In this document: positions 14,937 to 23,670 of the stretch, one piece after another
How positions within the stretch are numbered: the first letter of the stretch is position 1
Layout: every line of letters begins with the position of its first letter
IMG/VR virus record: IMGVR_UViG_3300023082_000001
Coordinates: 1 to 23,951 of that record
Reading direction: 5' to 3' (one strand)
Length of the DNA: 23,951 bases
Origin: a virus
Translations under genes and position numbers: made by a program
The notes under the pieces: generated by a model
Told to the model about the DNA's origin: nothing
Seen by the model: the letters and a program-made list of their open reading frames with translations, nothing else
The model's database searches: none

Positions 14937-16220
14937 ATGACACCAGATGAGAAGTACACAATAATTTCAAGGGTTGGTCCAGCTGCTGCTGCCCTATCTG
15001 GTGTCTACGGAGACGATCAGCTCGATACATATAAGCTAACCAAGAATCTTTTTGGTAGATTTAAAACTGTAGCACCTTCAACAGATCCTATTACCTTCAA
15101 TATGATGACAGAAGTTGAAACTGACTTTATGTCTGTACGTATTGCTATTCCAAACCTGCATACAAGTGCTGTGGCAGGCGTTAAGGTTAGCGTCTCTGTC
15201 TCATCTGAAAACTTTGTAGAAGACTTTGCAACAAAGGTTGATTCTGTTAATGGAAGCCCTTGGATTGATGCAACGTTCAAAGGAGCTACTTCAGTGAGTC
15301 TTCCTGTAGCCCTAGGAACGGATCGTCCATCTTGGACTTACACCGACATTATCCCTGTTCAAAGTGTCCCCACTACAAGCACAACACGTACAAAACCTTT
15401 TCTTATGGTGAGGATTGAATATCCTGCCAATAGCACTCTGACATGTCCTTACAATGATATCTATTTTTGGCGCACTATTGGTGTTCATCCAACATTGCGT
15501 GTAGCTCAACAAAATGTTCTTGGTGTCACCACTAAAAGTTCGTTCACACAATTTATCACAAGTGATACAAATGTAGTTGTTCCAGCATTCGAATACAATA
15601 CATCTGTACTAGGTAAGCAAGTTGTAATGTGTGGGGATAGCACTGTTGCAGGACAAGGAAGTCAAGTTAGAGACTTTGGGGCTGTCCAACGTGCTTGTGT
15701 CAAAATGAGCAGCAAATCATCTCCTATTGAATACTTCAATACAGCCAAGCTTGGATTAGGTCCAGCCGAGTATTCTAAAGGATTGATAGACGTTATCACT
15801 GAAGTGGCACCAACAGATGTTTTCTATTCCCCATATTCTGTAAATGATACTGACACAGGTGGATTGTCTGCCTTACAAGTTGGCAGAGTTTATGGATATC
15901 TTGGCTACGTTAACTCCAATATTGATGCACACAAAACTAATCTGTTTTTGCTGGAAGGATTGCCCTGTAATCCAACATTCAGAGATACAGGTGCTGGGGA
16001 TAGCAAACGGCGAGATATCAACGTAGCAATTAGTAAGTATAAGTTTGCAACTGTTGTTAAAGATTATGCCAAGGTGGTTAGTGGCAATATTGATGCAGAT
16101 GGACAAACCCTAATCAAAGATGGATATGATTCAGGAGATGGGGTCCATCTCACCGATGCAGGCTATGATTCCTTAAGTGATCAGATTACACCTTACTTTA
16201 AGCCTTATAACGTGGCTTAA
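14937..16220 (+). CDS. SGNH/GDSL hydrolase domain protein
   Basis: CGDSTVAG (block I), FNTAKLG (II), YSVND (III), DGVHLTDAGY (V); beta-rich N-terminal domain. Confidence 0.8.
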   Translation: MTPDEKYTIISRVGPAAAALSGVYGDDQLDTYKLTKNLFGRFKTVAPSTDPITFNMMTEVETDFMSVRIAIPNLHTSAVAGVKVSVSVSSENFVEDFATKVDSVNGSPWIDATFKGATSVSLPVALGTDRPSWTYTDIIPVQSVPTTSTTRTKPFLMVRIEYPANSTLTCPYNDIYFWRTIGVHPTLRVAQQNVLGVTTKSSFTQFITSDTNVVVPAFEYNTSVLGKQVVMCGDSTVAGQGSQVRDFGAVQRACVKMSSKSSPIEYFNTAKLGLGPAEYSKGLIDVITEVAPTDVFYSPYSVNDTDTGGLSALQVGRVYGYLGYVNSNIDAHKTNLFLLEGLPCNPTFRDTGAGDSKRRDINVAISKYKFATVVKDYAKVVSGNIDADGQTLIKDGYDSGDGVHLTDAGYDSLSDQITPYFKPYNVA

Positions 16221-16224
16221 TATG

Positions 16225-16558
16225 TGAGTGGAAAGAATCAAGTAGTGATGCTTGGTATCGAACTGCCTAGTTCGTTTGCTCGACTCATTCTGGCGGATGA
16301 GGTTGTAAAATAAATGACTGATGGAAAGACATCGTTGTGGAGAAGCTGAGTAAATCTTGTACTCAGAGAGCTGTCAGGTCAGGTTAAGATTGTGGACGCT
16401 GGCACAACTATTCACGTAAGTACACTACGGACACAGTGATGTGTCTCCTCCTAACGTTATAGCCCAACGTGTGTACTAGGGCTAACTAATTAGATTTTAC
16501 ACAGGCTAGGCTGTCCTTTAAAAGCCGTCGCAGTCTGTACGGCTATATAAATCCTAGC
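16225..16558 (+). ncRNA. Putative structured ncRNA island 2
   Basis: Three-way junction with a GTGA tetraloop, 19-nt repeat, two loop-loop complementarities, anti-SD tract. Confidence 0.55.
16315..16333 (+). repeat. 19-nt repeat TGACTGATGGAAAGACATC, copy 2
   Basis: Identical to 13986-14004. Confidence 0.9.
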
Positions 16559-16601
16559 AAGACACCTAAAAAATAAATATTAAAATCAAAGGGTGTTTGT
16601 A

Positions 16602-16892
16602 ATGGCGGATTCGCTAAATGATGTTTTCTTGACAACCAATACTTGGGTAGATTTGTATAATCTTACGGGTATTGCACCGGGAACATCTTTGATCGTAAAC
16701 AACAAATCTTCTGCTACAGTTTTTCTATTGGTGCGTCCAAGTCAACCCGTAGGAACATCTAATGATGGTTGGCCCCTTCGGGCTGGTAATCTGGATGGTA
16801 ATTGGACTGTTGTTGAAAAAGTGCCAGCTTCAAGTAGAGTTTGGGCAAAAGGATCAACAGGTGGTCGTCTCTTTGTAGAAACTTACGAATAG
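16602..16892 (+). CDS. Small beta-rich putative virion protein
   Basis: Start likely ATG 16602 (MADSLNDV); co-oriented directly upstream of the fibre gene. Confidence 0.65.
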   Translation: MADSLNDVFLTTNTWVDLYNLTGIAPGTSLIVNNKSSATVFLLVRPSQPVGTSNDGWPLRAGNLDGNWTVVEKVPASSRVWAKGSTGGRLFVETYE

Positions 16893-16903
16893 GAGATTAG
16901 ACT

Positions 16904-19138
16904 ATGTTTATTCCAAACAGAAATAAAACTACAGTTATTGAAGGTGAAGGCAATGACCTCTCAATGTGGCCGATTGATCAGTTGCCCTACAAAGCAGCCG
17001 ATGGGACTATCCAAGGTAGTGGCGTAAGAGTTCTGAGTTCCGGCACTCTTTTAGCCCCTGTAGGGTTTGCCGTAGAATCAGGTAGTGTGGACTTTGGTGA
17101 TGTAATTAGGCTTTCTGAGTCTGCTGGATTTCTTGCCTTTGAAAACTTAGTTGATAATATTAAGTATCAATTGGTTGATTACGCAACACCGAGAGACTCA
17201 GCCTCATCTAAACCTTACTATTTTTATCTCAAGGCTGCTGAAAGACGTGCTGATGCGCAGCCTAATGGTAGCATCACAATCTCGACTAATCCGCTCACTT
17301 TTGACTATACAACTCAATTCACAGCCCGTACAAATGCTTTGGTGTTCACAGCAACAGGCCCAATGACCAATGTGCGCCTTAGAATTACGGATAAGAAGAG
17401 TGGGGTAGCAATCAAGTATTTCCCCTCTAAATCTTCTTGGGTCACGGGAGAGAAAGGGACAACATTTGATGTTGGTGAAAACGTAATTGATTTCCAAGAT
17501 ACTGCCGTAATCTTTCAAGCTGGTACAGATATTGTTTTTGATATTCAAGCTGATCAAATGTATCTTGCTGGCAATAACGGCGTACCTAAGTTTTCAGGAA
17601 TCATTCAAGAAGGTATTTTCATTGGAGTAGCAGATGAAAATGATCTGGGTACACTTAGGGAGCAAGTGGAAGCTATAGGCGATGGTTTTTCTGGTAAATA
17701 CACTGATTTAACTGATGTTCCAGCTACGTTCGCACCATCACCACACACGCACCAGATTACAGAAGTAGAAGGTTTAGAGGCTCAATTAACCACAGTAAAT
17801 ACTGATATTAATTATCTGAAATCCCAAGCATCCAGTTTGGCTTCGGTGGCTTCAACAGGCAGTTATACAGACCTCATCAACAAGCCCTCTATACCAACAG
17901 CTACTAATCAACTAGATAACAATAGTGGTTTTATTACGATAGAGCATACGCATCCCATTTCAGATGTCGTTGGTTTACAAAATGCCCTTGATTCAAAGCT
18001 TGCAAGTAATGCGAATATTTCAGCAACTCATGTAACAGGTTTATCAAACGTAGCTTTGACGGGATCATACACAGACCTTAGCAATAAGCCAGTTTTCCCA
18101 AGCAAGATAAGTGATTTTGAAAATGATTCGGCTTACATTACTTTAGCACAAGTACCATCAGTTTCAATTAGCTGGGCTGACATTCAGAACAAACCCTTAA
18201 CCTTTGCGCCTTCTACACATAGTCACCCTATTAGTGATATTGCAAATCTTCAAGCAACCCTTGACGGCAAGCGTAATTCATTAGATCCAATTGCATACTC
18301 AAGTTTGACAGGGCTGCCTAGTCTGTTTTCAGGTGCTTATAATGACTTGACTGGCAAGCCAACACTGTTTAGTGGCTCTTATAGTGATTTGATTAATAAG
18401 CCCATCTATGCAACCGTTGCATCCACTGGTAGCTACACGGATCTTACGAACAAACCTGTAATTCCTACTGTAAACTATCCGGTAACGTCTGTTGCGGGGA
18501 GAACAGGAGCAATTACCCTTTCTGCTACAGATATTAGTGGCTTAAGTAGTGTTGCAACATCTGGGGCATACTCAAGTCTCACTGGCTTGCCAACTATCCC
18601 GGCAGGACAGGTTAACAGCGATTGGGCAGCAACAAGTGGTCTTAGTCAGATTCTGAACAAGCCTGCATTGTTCTCAGGTTCTTGGAATGACCTAACAAAT
18701 AAACCGACAACGTTTACACCATCAGCCCACACTCATCCAATCAGCGATATTACTAACCTTCAGTCAACTTTGGATACAAAGATTACAGCTGCAACATTGC
18801 CTATTACAAGGCGTGTTAACAACACAATCGTTGACAGAACAAAAGTTAAATATTACACAGTGGTAAGTGACAGCACATCGTCTGTTTGGACTGTAACAAC
18901 AGGCACAGACTTTACAGAAATTCTTGATGTTCAAGTGCAACCTGTGAGTACAGCTAACACAGTGGGTGGTATTAGGCAAGCAAGCCTTAATGCTTACACA
19001 ACAACAAGTACCAGCCTCACCGGCGTCACCTACGGTAACTCTGTATTGACAACAGTTCTAATCGGTGTTGGTGCCAATACTTTAAGTCTTCTGCCGAGCA
19101 CTACAGTTAGGGTTCGTGTTGAGGGTGTTGGATCGTAG
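16904..19138 (+). CDS. Fibre-like protein with phage-tail repeats
   Basis: Four H-x-H repeats (e.g. HTHPISDVVGLQNALD) and about ten (T/S)GSYxDLxNKP-type repeats. Confidence 0.75.
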   Translation: MFIPNRNKTTVIEGEGNDLSMWPIDQLPYKAADGTIQGSGVRVLSSGTLLAPVGFAVESGSVDFGDVIRLSESAGFLAFENLVDNIKYQLVDYATPRDSASSKPYYFYLKAAERRADAQPNGSITISTNPLTFDYTTQFTARTNALVFTATGPMTNVRLRITDKKSGVAIKYFPSKSSWVTGEKGTTFDVGENVIDFQDTAVIFQAGTDIVFDIQADQMYLAGNNGVPKFSGIIQEGIFIGVADENDLGTLREQVEAIGDGFSGKYTDLTDVPATFAPSPHTHQITEVEGLEAQLTTVNTDINYLKSQASSLASVASTGSYTDLINKPSIPTATNQLDNNSGFITIEHTHPISDVVGLQNALDSKLASNANISATHVTGLSNVALTGSYTDLSNKPVFPSKISDFENDSAYITLAQVPSVSISWADIQNKPLTFAPSTHSHPISDIANLQATLDGKRNSLDPIAYSSLTGLPSLFSGAYNDLTGKPTLFSGSYSDLINKPIYATVASTGSYTDLTNKPVIPTVNYPVTSVAGRTGAITLSATDISGLSSVATSGAYSSLTGLPTIPAGQVNSDWAATSGLSQILNKPALFSGSWNDLTNKPTTFTPSAHTHPISDITNLQSTLDTKITAATLPITRRVNNTIVDRTKVKYYTVVSDSTSSVWTVTTGTDFTEILDVQVQPVSTANTVGGIRQASLNAYTTTSTSLTGVTYGNSVLTTVLIGVGANTLSLLPSTTVRVRVEGVGS

Positions 19139-19148
19139 TAGATTAACA

Positions 19149-19174
19149 AAATTGCCTTGAAATATAGGCAATTT
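19149..19174 (+). terminator. Terminator-like hairpin
   Basis: AAATTGCCT-TGAAATAT-AGGCAATTT after the fibre gene. Confidence 0.5.
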
Positions 19175-19205
19175 CAATTAGTTTATTAAAGTTGATAAAT
19201 ATTAG

Positions 19206-19234
19206 TTGACAGAATTGACTTATCTTAGTACAAT
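19206..19234 (+). promoter_or_regulatory. sigma70 promoter
   Basis: TTGACA-17-TACAAT. Confidence 0.7.
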
Positions 19235-19272
19235 TCCCTTATCAGCTCAGAAAACAAAGAGAGAAAAGAATT

Positions 19273-19665
19273 ATGGCAAAGCAAATTGTTAACCTTACTT
19301 TTGGAAGTCCTGTAGACTTCGTTAACAAAGTATTGGAAATGGGTAAGCAAGGCTACACTCTTCATGAGAACACCTACCCGCGATTGAAAGGGTTCCCTAT
19401 TACAGCAAGTCTGGTGATTGAGACAGACAAGACTGTAAAACAAGAGCCGGGTGTGCAGACTATTCCAGTTCCTTTGGGTGAACAGGTGTACACTAAGGAA
19501 GAATTGGAAGCGATGCCAATTGAAGAGATGCGTCCTATCGTAGCTTCTCGTGGCGTAAAAGGTCGCGATAAAGTTAAGATGATCAAGCAATATTTGGCTG
19601 CTGTTGAAAGTGGCAAAGATAATGATGAGCAAGAATCTGAAGAAGAAAGTTCGGAAGATAAGTAA
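19273..19665 (+). CDS. Hypothetical protein with HeH/Rho-N-like motif and acidic tail
   Basis: YTKEELEAMPIEEMRPIVASRGVKGRDKVKMIKQYL. Confidence 0.65.
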   Translation: MAKQIVNLTFGSPVDFVNKVLEMGKQGYTLHENTYPRLKGFPITASLVIETDKTVKQEPGVQTIPVPLGEQVYTKEELEAMPIEEMRPIVASRGVKGRDKVKMIKQYLAAVESGKDNDEQESEEESSEDK

Positions 19666-19671
19666 GTACAA

Positions 19672-19747
19672 TGAGAGCGAACGGATGGCCATCCCCGCTA
19701 ACTGCCAACTCAGTTAGCTAGCTCTCACCTATTTAATCTAGTTGGAG
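19672..19747 (+). promoter_or_regulatory. Structured leader of the HNH gene (three-way junction plus RBS pseudoknot)
   Basis: TGAGAGC/GCTCTCA closing stem; GGAT-GGCC-ATCC; GCTAACTG-CCAACT-CAGTTAGC; loop complementary to AGTTGG 19740-19745. Confidence 0.6.
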
Positions 19748-19757
19748 ATATTGAGTT

Positions 19758-20720
19758 TTGAATTACGAAAAGATTTACAACGCACTTGTAGAAAAAGCTA
19801 AAGTTCGTGGGTTAGATAAAAGTAAGGACTCTGGCTATTATGAGATTCACCACATTCTTCCGAGATGTTTGGGAGGGTCTGACCATAAAAGTAACCTAGT
19901 GATGTTTACGGGAAGGGAACATTTTATTTCACATATGTTGTTGTGGAAGATGTACCCTAGAAATTCTGATCTTATGCACGCAGCATGGATGATGAGCCAT
20001 ACTCGTAAAGGTTATAAAGTTAATTCAACGACTTATGAAGCTCTCAGTATTGACCACTCTATTTGGCTTTCTGAAAGAATGGGAGGGATAAACAGCCCTC
20101 AATTCAAGGACTTGACAGGTCAGCGAAATGGTAAACTAGTTGTACTTGAACATGTAGGCTGGAAACTGCTTAATAATGGGTTCAGTACATCTACTTGGCT
20201 ATGCCAATGTGACTGTGGAAATTTCAGAACTCTCCAATCTAAAGAAGTTAGCCTTTCTTGTAAATCATCTTATAAGTCTTGCGGTTGTCTTACTGCTGAA
20301 GTCTCCTCATTGAGGGTTGGTGATAAGAATGCTTTCTACGGAAGGACTCATTCAGAAGAATCAAAGGCTAAGATGGCTGAAAAGAAATTTGGGCGTTCAC
20401 CTTCTAACAAAGGTGTAAAAGGAACTCCAGAGAAAAGTCAAAGAATTAAAGATAGTTTGTCAAAAATTAAAAGATTTTCTTGGTTGCACCCCTCTATTAC
20501 ATCAGACCCAGTAAAGACTGAGATGTGGAAGATGGCAATGTTTTATTACGACCTTTATCTTACTAATACAATTTTGACAAAAGCAAAGTTCACAACACTT
20601 TACAATAAACTCTATTGTGATGATATACCTTCATCGGCTCTCTATATTATGCACGATAAATTCTCTGGCGGTTGGGTTCCTTTAGAAGACAGCGAGTGGG
20701 TTAAATTTTCTAAAGGATGA
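19758..20720 (+). CDS. HNH homing endonuclease with NUMOD3-like motif
   Basis: EIHHILPRCLGGSD..NLV..GREHFISH; DLTGQRNGKLVV..CQCDCGN; NAFYGRTHSEESKAKM. Confidence 0.85.
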   Translation: MNYEKIYNALVEKAKVRGLDKSKDSGYYEIHHILPRCLGGSDHKSNLVMFTGREHFISHMLLWKMYPRNSDLMHAAWMMSHTRKGYKVNSTTYEALSIDHSIWLSERMGGINSPQFKDLTGQRNGKLVVLEHVGWKLLNNGFSTSTWLCQCDCGNFRTLQSKEVSLSCKSSYKSCGCLTAEVSSLRVGDKNAFYGRTHSEESKAKMAEKKFGRSPSNKGVKGTPEKSQRIKDSLSKIKRFSWLHPSITSDPVKTEMWKMAMFYYDLYLTNTILTKAKFTTLYNKLYCDDIPSSALYIMHDKFSGGWVPLEDSEWVKFSKG

Positions 20721-20724
20721 ATTA

Positions 20725-22170
20725 ATGAAAGATAAAAAATTACCGGGTCCAATTTCAGAACGTCAGCGAATGTATGTCACTGCTGATGTGGATGTGACCC
20801 TATATGGTGGTGCGGCTGGATCTGGAAAAAGTGAAATTGGCGTAATTGATTTTCTCAAGTATACCGACATCCCTAATTTTATCGGTGTTATGACTCGAAG
20901 AAACACCCCCCAGTTGACCGGGCCCGGTGGTTTGCTAACTAAGTGCAAAAGGATATTTGCTCAAGCTTACGATCCTGATGAATATACATGGCGTGCTAAA
21001 GATGGTAAGTTTGTCTTTCATAAATCTGGTGCGGAAATATATTTAAAACACTTTGAAAATGATCAGAGTGATGTGTCTTGGCAAGGTAGTGAAGCAAATC
21101 TTTTCTACGTAGATGAGGGAACACAGTTCACTCAGCACATGATTCAGTACATCATGTCTCGTATGCGTAATCCTTCGTGTCCTGAAGTAAAGCCTCATAT
21201 GAAAATTACCTGTAACCCTCACAATTCACATTTTTTGAGGAAATGGGTAGAGCCTTATTTGCAAGAGGACGGCACACCAGATAGGAATAAAGACGGAGTA
21301 GTTAGATACTTCTCATTCCAAGATGGTGATTTTGTGTGGGCTGATACAAAACAAGAGCTAGTTAGAGATTATGGCATTCCAGAAGAAGATGCTCTCTCTT
21401 TTACATTCATTAGTGCAACAGTTGATGATAACCCAATCGTTAAGCGCATAAATCCAAAATACGTCGCATGGCTTAAAGGTCTCAAGGGTGTAGAAAAAAG
21501 TAGACTTTTACTCGGAAATTGGTTTGTAAAAGAAAGTTCTGTTGGGTATTGGTCAGAGAAATGGGTAACTCCTGTAAGGCTACATGAACAACAAATAGTG
21601 TCATATTGTAGAGCTTGGGATATTGCAGGCTCTCTTCCCGCAGATGATACACCAAATCCTGACTGGACAGCTGGTGTGTTGATGGCAAAAACAAAAGGTG
21701 GTCGTTACATCATTTGTGATGTTGTCAGATTTAGAGCACGTTATGGTGAAGTTATTAGGCGTATTATTGAGACAGCTGGTGAAGATCCAGAAAACACACA
21801 GATTATACTGCCTCAAGAGCCCGGCCAAGCTGGTAAAGCAGCTGGTCAGATGATGATTAAAGATTTACTTGGTGAAGGATTTTACGCACGTATGCGACCT
21901 TCTAACAAAAGCAAAGTTATTAGGTTTTCTTCTTTCGCAGCAGCTTGCGAAGCGGGGCTTGTAGACTACGTGGAAGGCGCTTGGAACGAAGCTTACTTTG
22001 ACGAATTGGAGCGTTTTGATGGAACCCGCGCTGTAAAGGATGATCAAGTGGACGCCTCATCGGACAGCTTCATAACCTTAGCTCAAAAACTTCTAGTCCC
22101 AAACATCCTCTCCGGTCTTCAATCATTCGGCTTTGAACAAACAAGAAACCCCCTTAACAACATCCGATAA
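20725..22170 (+). CDS. terL: Terminase large subunit
   Basis: Walker A GGAAGSGKS, Walker B YVDEG, TCNP, nuclease RAWDIA and KDDQVDA. Confidence 0.95.
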   Translation: MKDKKLPGPISERQRMYVTADVDVTLYGGAAGSGKSEIGVIDFLKYTDIPNFIGVMTRRNTPQLTGPGGLLTKCKRIFAQAYDPDEYTWRAKDGKFVFHKSGAEIYLKHFENDQSDVSWQGSEANLFYVDEGTQFTQHMIQYIMSRMRNPSCPEVKPHMKITCNPHNSHFLRKWVEPYLQEDGTPDRNKDGVVRYFSFQDGDFVWADTKQELVRDYGIPEEDALSFTFISATVDDNPIVKRINPKYVAWLKGLKGVEKSRLLLGNWFVKESSVGYWSEKWVTPVRLHEQQIVSYCRAWDIAGSLPADDTPNPDWTAGVLMAKTKGGRYIICDVVRFRARYGEVIRRIIETAGEDPENTQIILPQEPGQAGKAAGQMMIKDLLGEGFYARMRPSNKSKVIRFSSFAAACEAGLVDYVEGAWNEAYFDELERFDGTRAVKDDQVDASSDSFITLAQKLLVPNILSGLQSFGFEQTRNPLNNIR

Positions 22171-22179
22171 GGAGCCATA

Positions 22180-23670
22180 ATGGCAGATGTAAATAAGGCT
22201 CCTGATGAGGACGCCACTCCTCTTTCTACCGGCACTGATTCGACTATACCTCGCATCAAGTTCTCAGAGAACGGTCAGCCGGGAATGAATATTCTAGGGG
22301 GTAATGTCTTTGATGATATGCAACGCGAACTTCAGTGGCCTTTCTGTATTAATACATTCAACAAGATGCGAAAGGATGCCACAGTAAGTTCTGCCATTCA
22401 GCTTGTTGAAACAATGATCAGTAAAGTTAAATGGAAAGTTGAAGTTCCTCACAATGCTTCTGATGATCTAAAACGTAAAAAGAAGTTTTTGGAAGAAGTT
22501 ATCCAAGACATGGATACAAGCTTATTCTCTGTTGTTAAAGAGATTAGTTCTTTCAATACCTTTGGCTTCTCAGTTATGGAAAAGATATTCCGTAAAAGAT
22601 TGAAGTCCAATGGCTCTTATTTTGATGATGGTTTGATTGGTCTTAAAGGTATGGTGCCTAGGGGTCAAGAAACTATCGCTAAGTGGGAGACTGACGATTA
22701 CAACAGGTATATCTTAGGTTTGCGTCAGTGGGTTGTAAAGAAAGACGGTCAGCTTGGTGAGATGACTCTTTCAGAGGGTAGGCTCATTCCTCGTGAAAAG
22801 TTCTTGTTGTTTCGCACAGGTGTTCGTAAGAACAGTCCTACAGGAACCTCCCCACTGGTTGCTTGCTGGGAGTCATGGAAATTTAAGAAAGCTTTGGAGG
22901 AATCTGAAGCTATTGGTATTGCAAAAGATCTTCGTGGCCTTCCAATTGTCTATATGCCTATTCAGTATATGGTGGAAGGGGCATCTGATGCCGATAAAGC
23001 CACTTTTGAATATATGAAGAAGGTTGTGCGTAACATTCACCGTGAAGAACAAGAGGGTGTAATCCTTCCAAGTCTTTATGAGGAAGGTAAGCGCATGTTT
23101 GAGTTTGAGTTGGCGGGTGTATCAGGTTCTAAGAGTTATGATGTTGGGGCTATCATTGATCGTTATTCAAATGAAATCCTCATGTCTTTTTTCGCTGATG
23201 TCCTAAAGCTTGGTCAAGGTGCAACAGGTTCATACTCTCTTGCAGACTCCAAGACATCCATTATTGCAACACGTATTGAAGCTGCTCTGATGGAAATTCA
23301 AGATCAATTCAACAATGATTTGATTCCCCAGCTTGCAACCCTGAATGGATGGAACCCTGTTGAGATGCCTAAGCTTTGCTACGGCGATATTGACGAACGT
23401 GACATCGGTACATTTGCATCTGCTGTACAACGAATGAAAGCTACTAACATGATTGTTCCTTCTCCTAAGAACATCAACTATGTAGCAGAAATCATGGGTA
23501 TGCCTGATCGTGTAGATGAGAACATGCCACAAGAAGAGTTGAATGAGCTTCTTGGTGTTGTTATGGATTCTAGCTCAGGTGATTCATTTACATCAGGTTT
23601 GCCGGGAGGCACTGGCGATAATATAGGTAGCTCGGGTGATGCCTCAGTTGCTAACAAGGAAAATAACTAA
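22180..23670 (+). CDS. Portal protein
   Basis: 496 aa directly after terL; MRKDATV, FGFSVMEK, SPTGTSPL, GSYSLA motifs typical of portals. Confidence 0.88.
   Translation: MADVNKAPDEDATPLSTGTDSTIPRIKFSENGQPGMNILGGNVFDDMQRELQWPFCINTFNKMRKDATVSSAIQLVETMISKVKWKVEVPHNASDDLKRKKKFLEEVIQDMDTSLFSVVKEISSFNTFGFSVMEKIFRKRLKSNGSYFDDGLIGLKGMVPRGQETIAKWETDDYNRYILGLRQWVVKKDGQLGEMTLSEGRLIPREKFLLFRTGVRKNSPTGTSPLVACWESWKFKKALEESEAIGIAKDLRGLPIVYMPIQYMVEGASDADKATFEYMKKVVRNIHREEQEGVILPSLYEEGKRMFEFELAGVSGSKSYDVGAIIDRYSNEILMSFFADVLKLGQGATGSYSLADSKTSIIATRIEAALMEIQDQFNNDLIPQLATLNGWNPVEMPKLCYGDIDERDIGTFASAVQRMKATNMIVPSPKNINYVAEIMGMPDRVDENMPQEELNELLGVVMDSSSGDSFTSGLPGGTGDNIGSSGDASVANKENN

Noticed and set aside
13986-16333. 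19-nt repeats as att sites, CRISPR repeats or hammerhead core
   Set aside because: Only two copies 2.3 kb apart, no integrase or cas gene, excision would remove the putative terS, and CTGATGG is not the CUGANGA core with the required stems
17680-18780. Repeats in the fibre gene as a DGR or DNA repeat array
   Set aside because: Repeats are protein-level with diverged codons; no reverse transcriptase or adenine-specific TR/VR pair seen
14210-19200. TAAATA-like late promoter motifs (about 14214, 16574, 19196)
   Set aside because: Too short and common in AT-rich DNA to support without TSS data
19666-20725. Group I intron carrying the HNH gene
   Set aside because: Flanking genes appear complete (terL begins before Walker A) and the spacers are too short for an intron core
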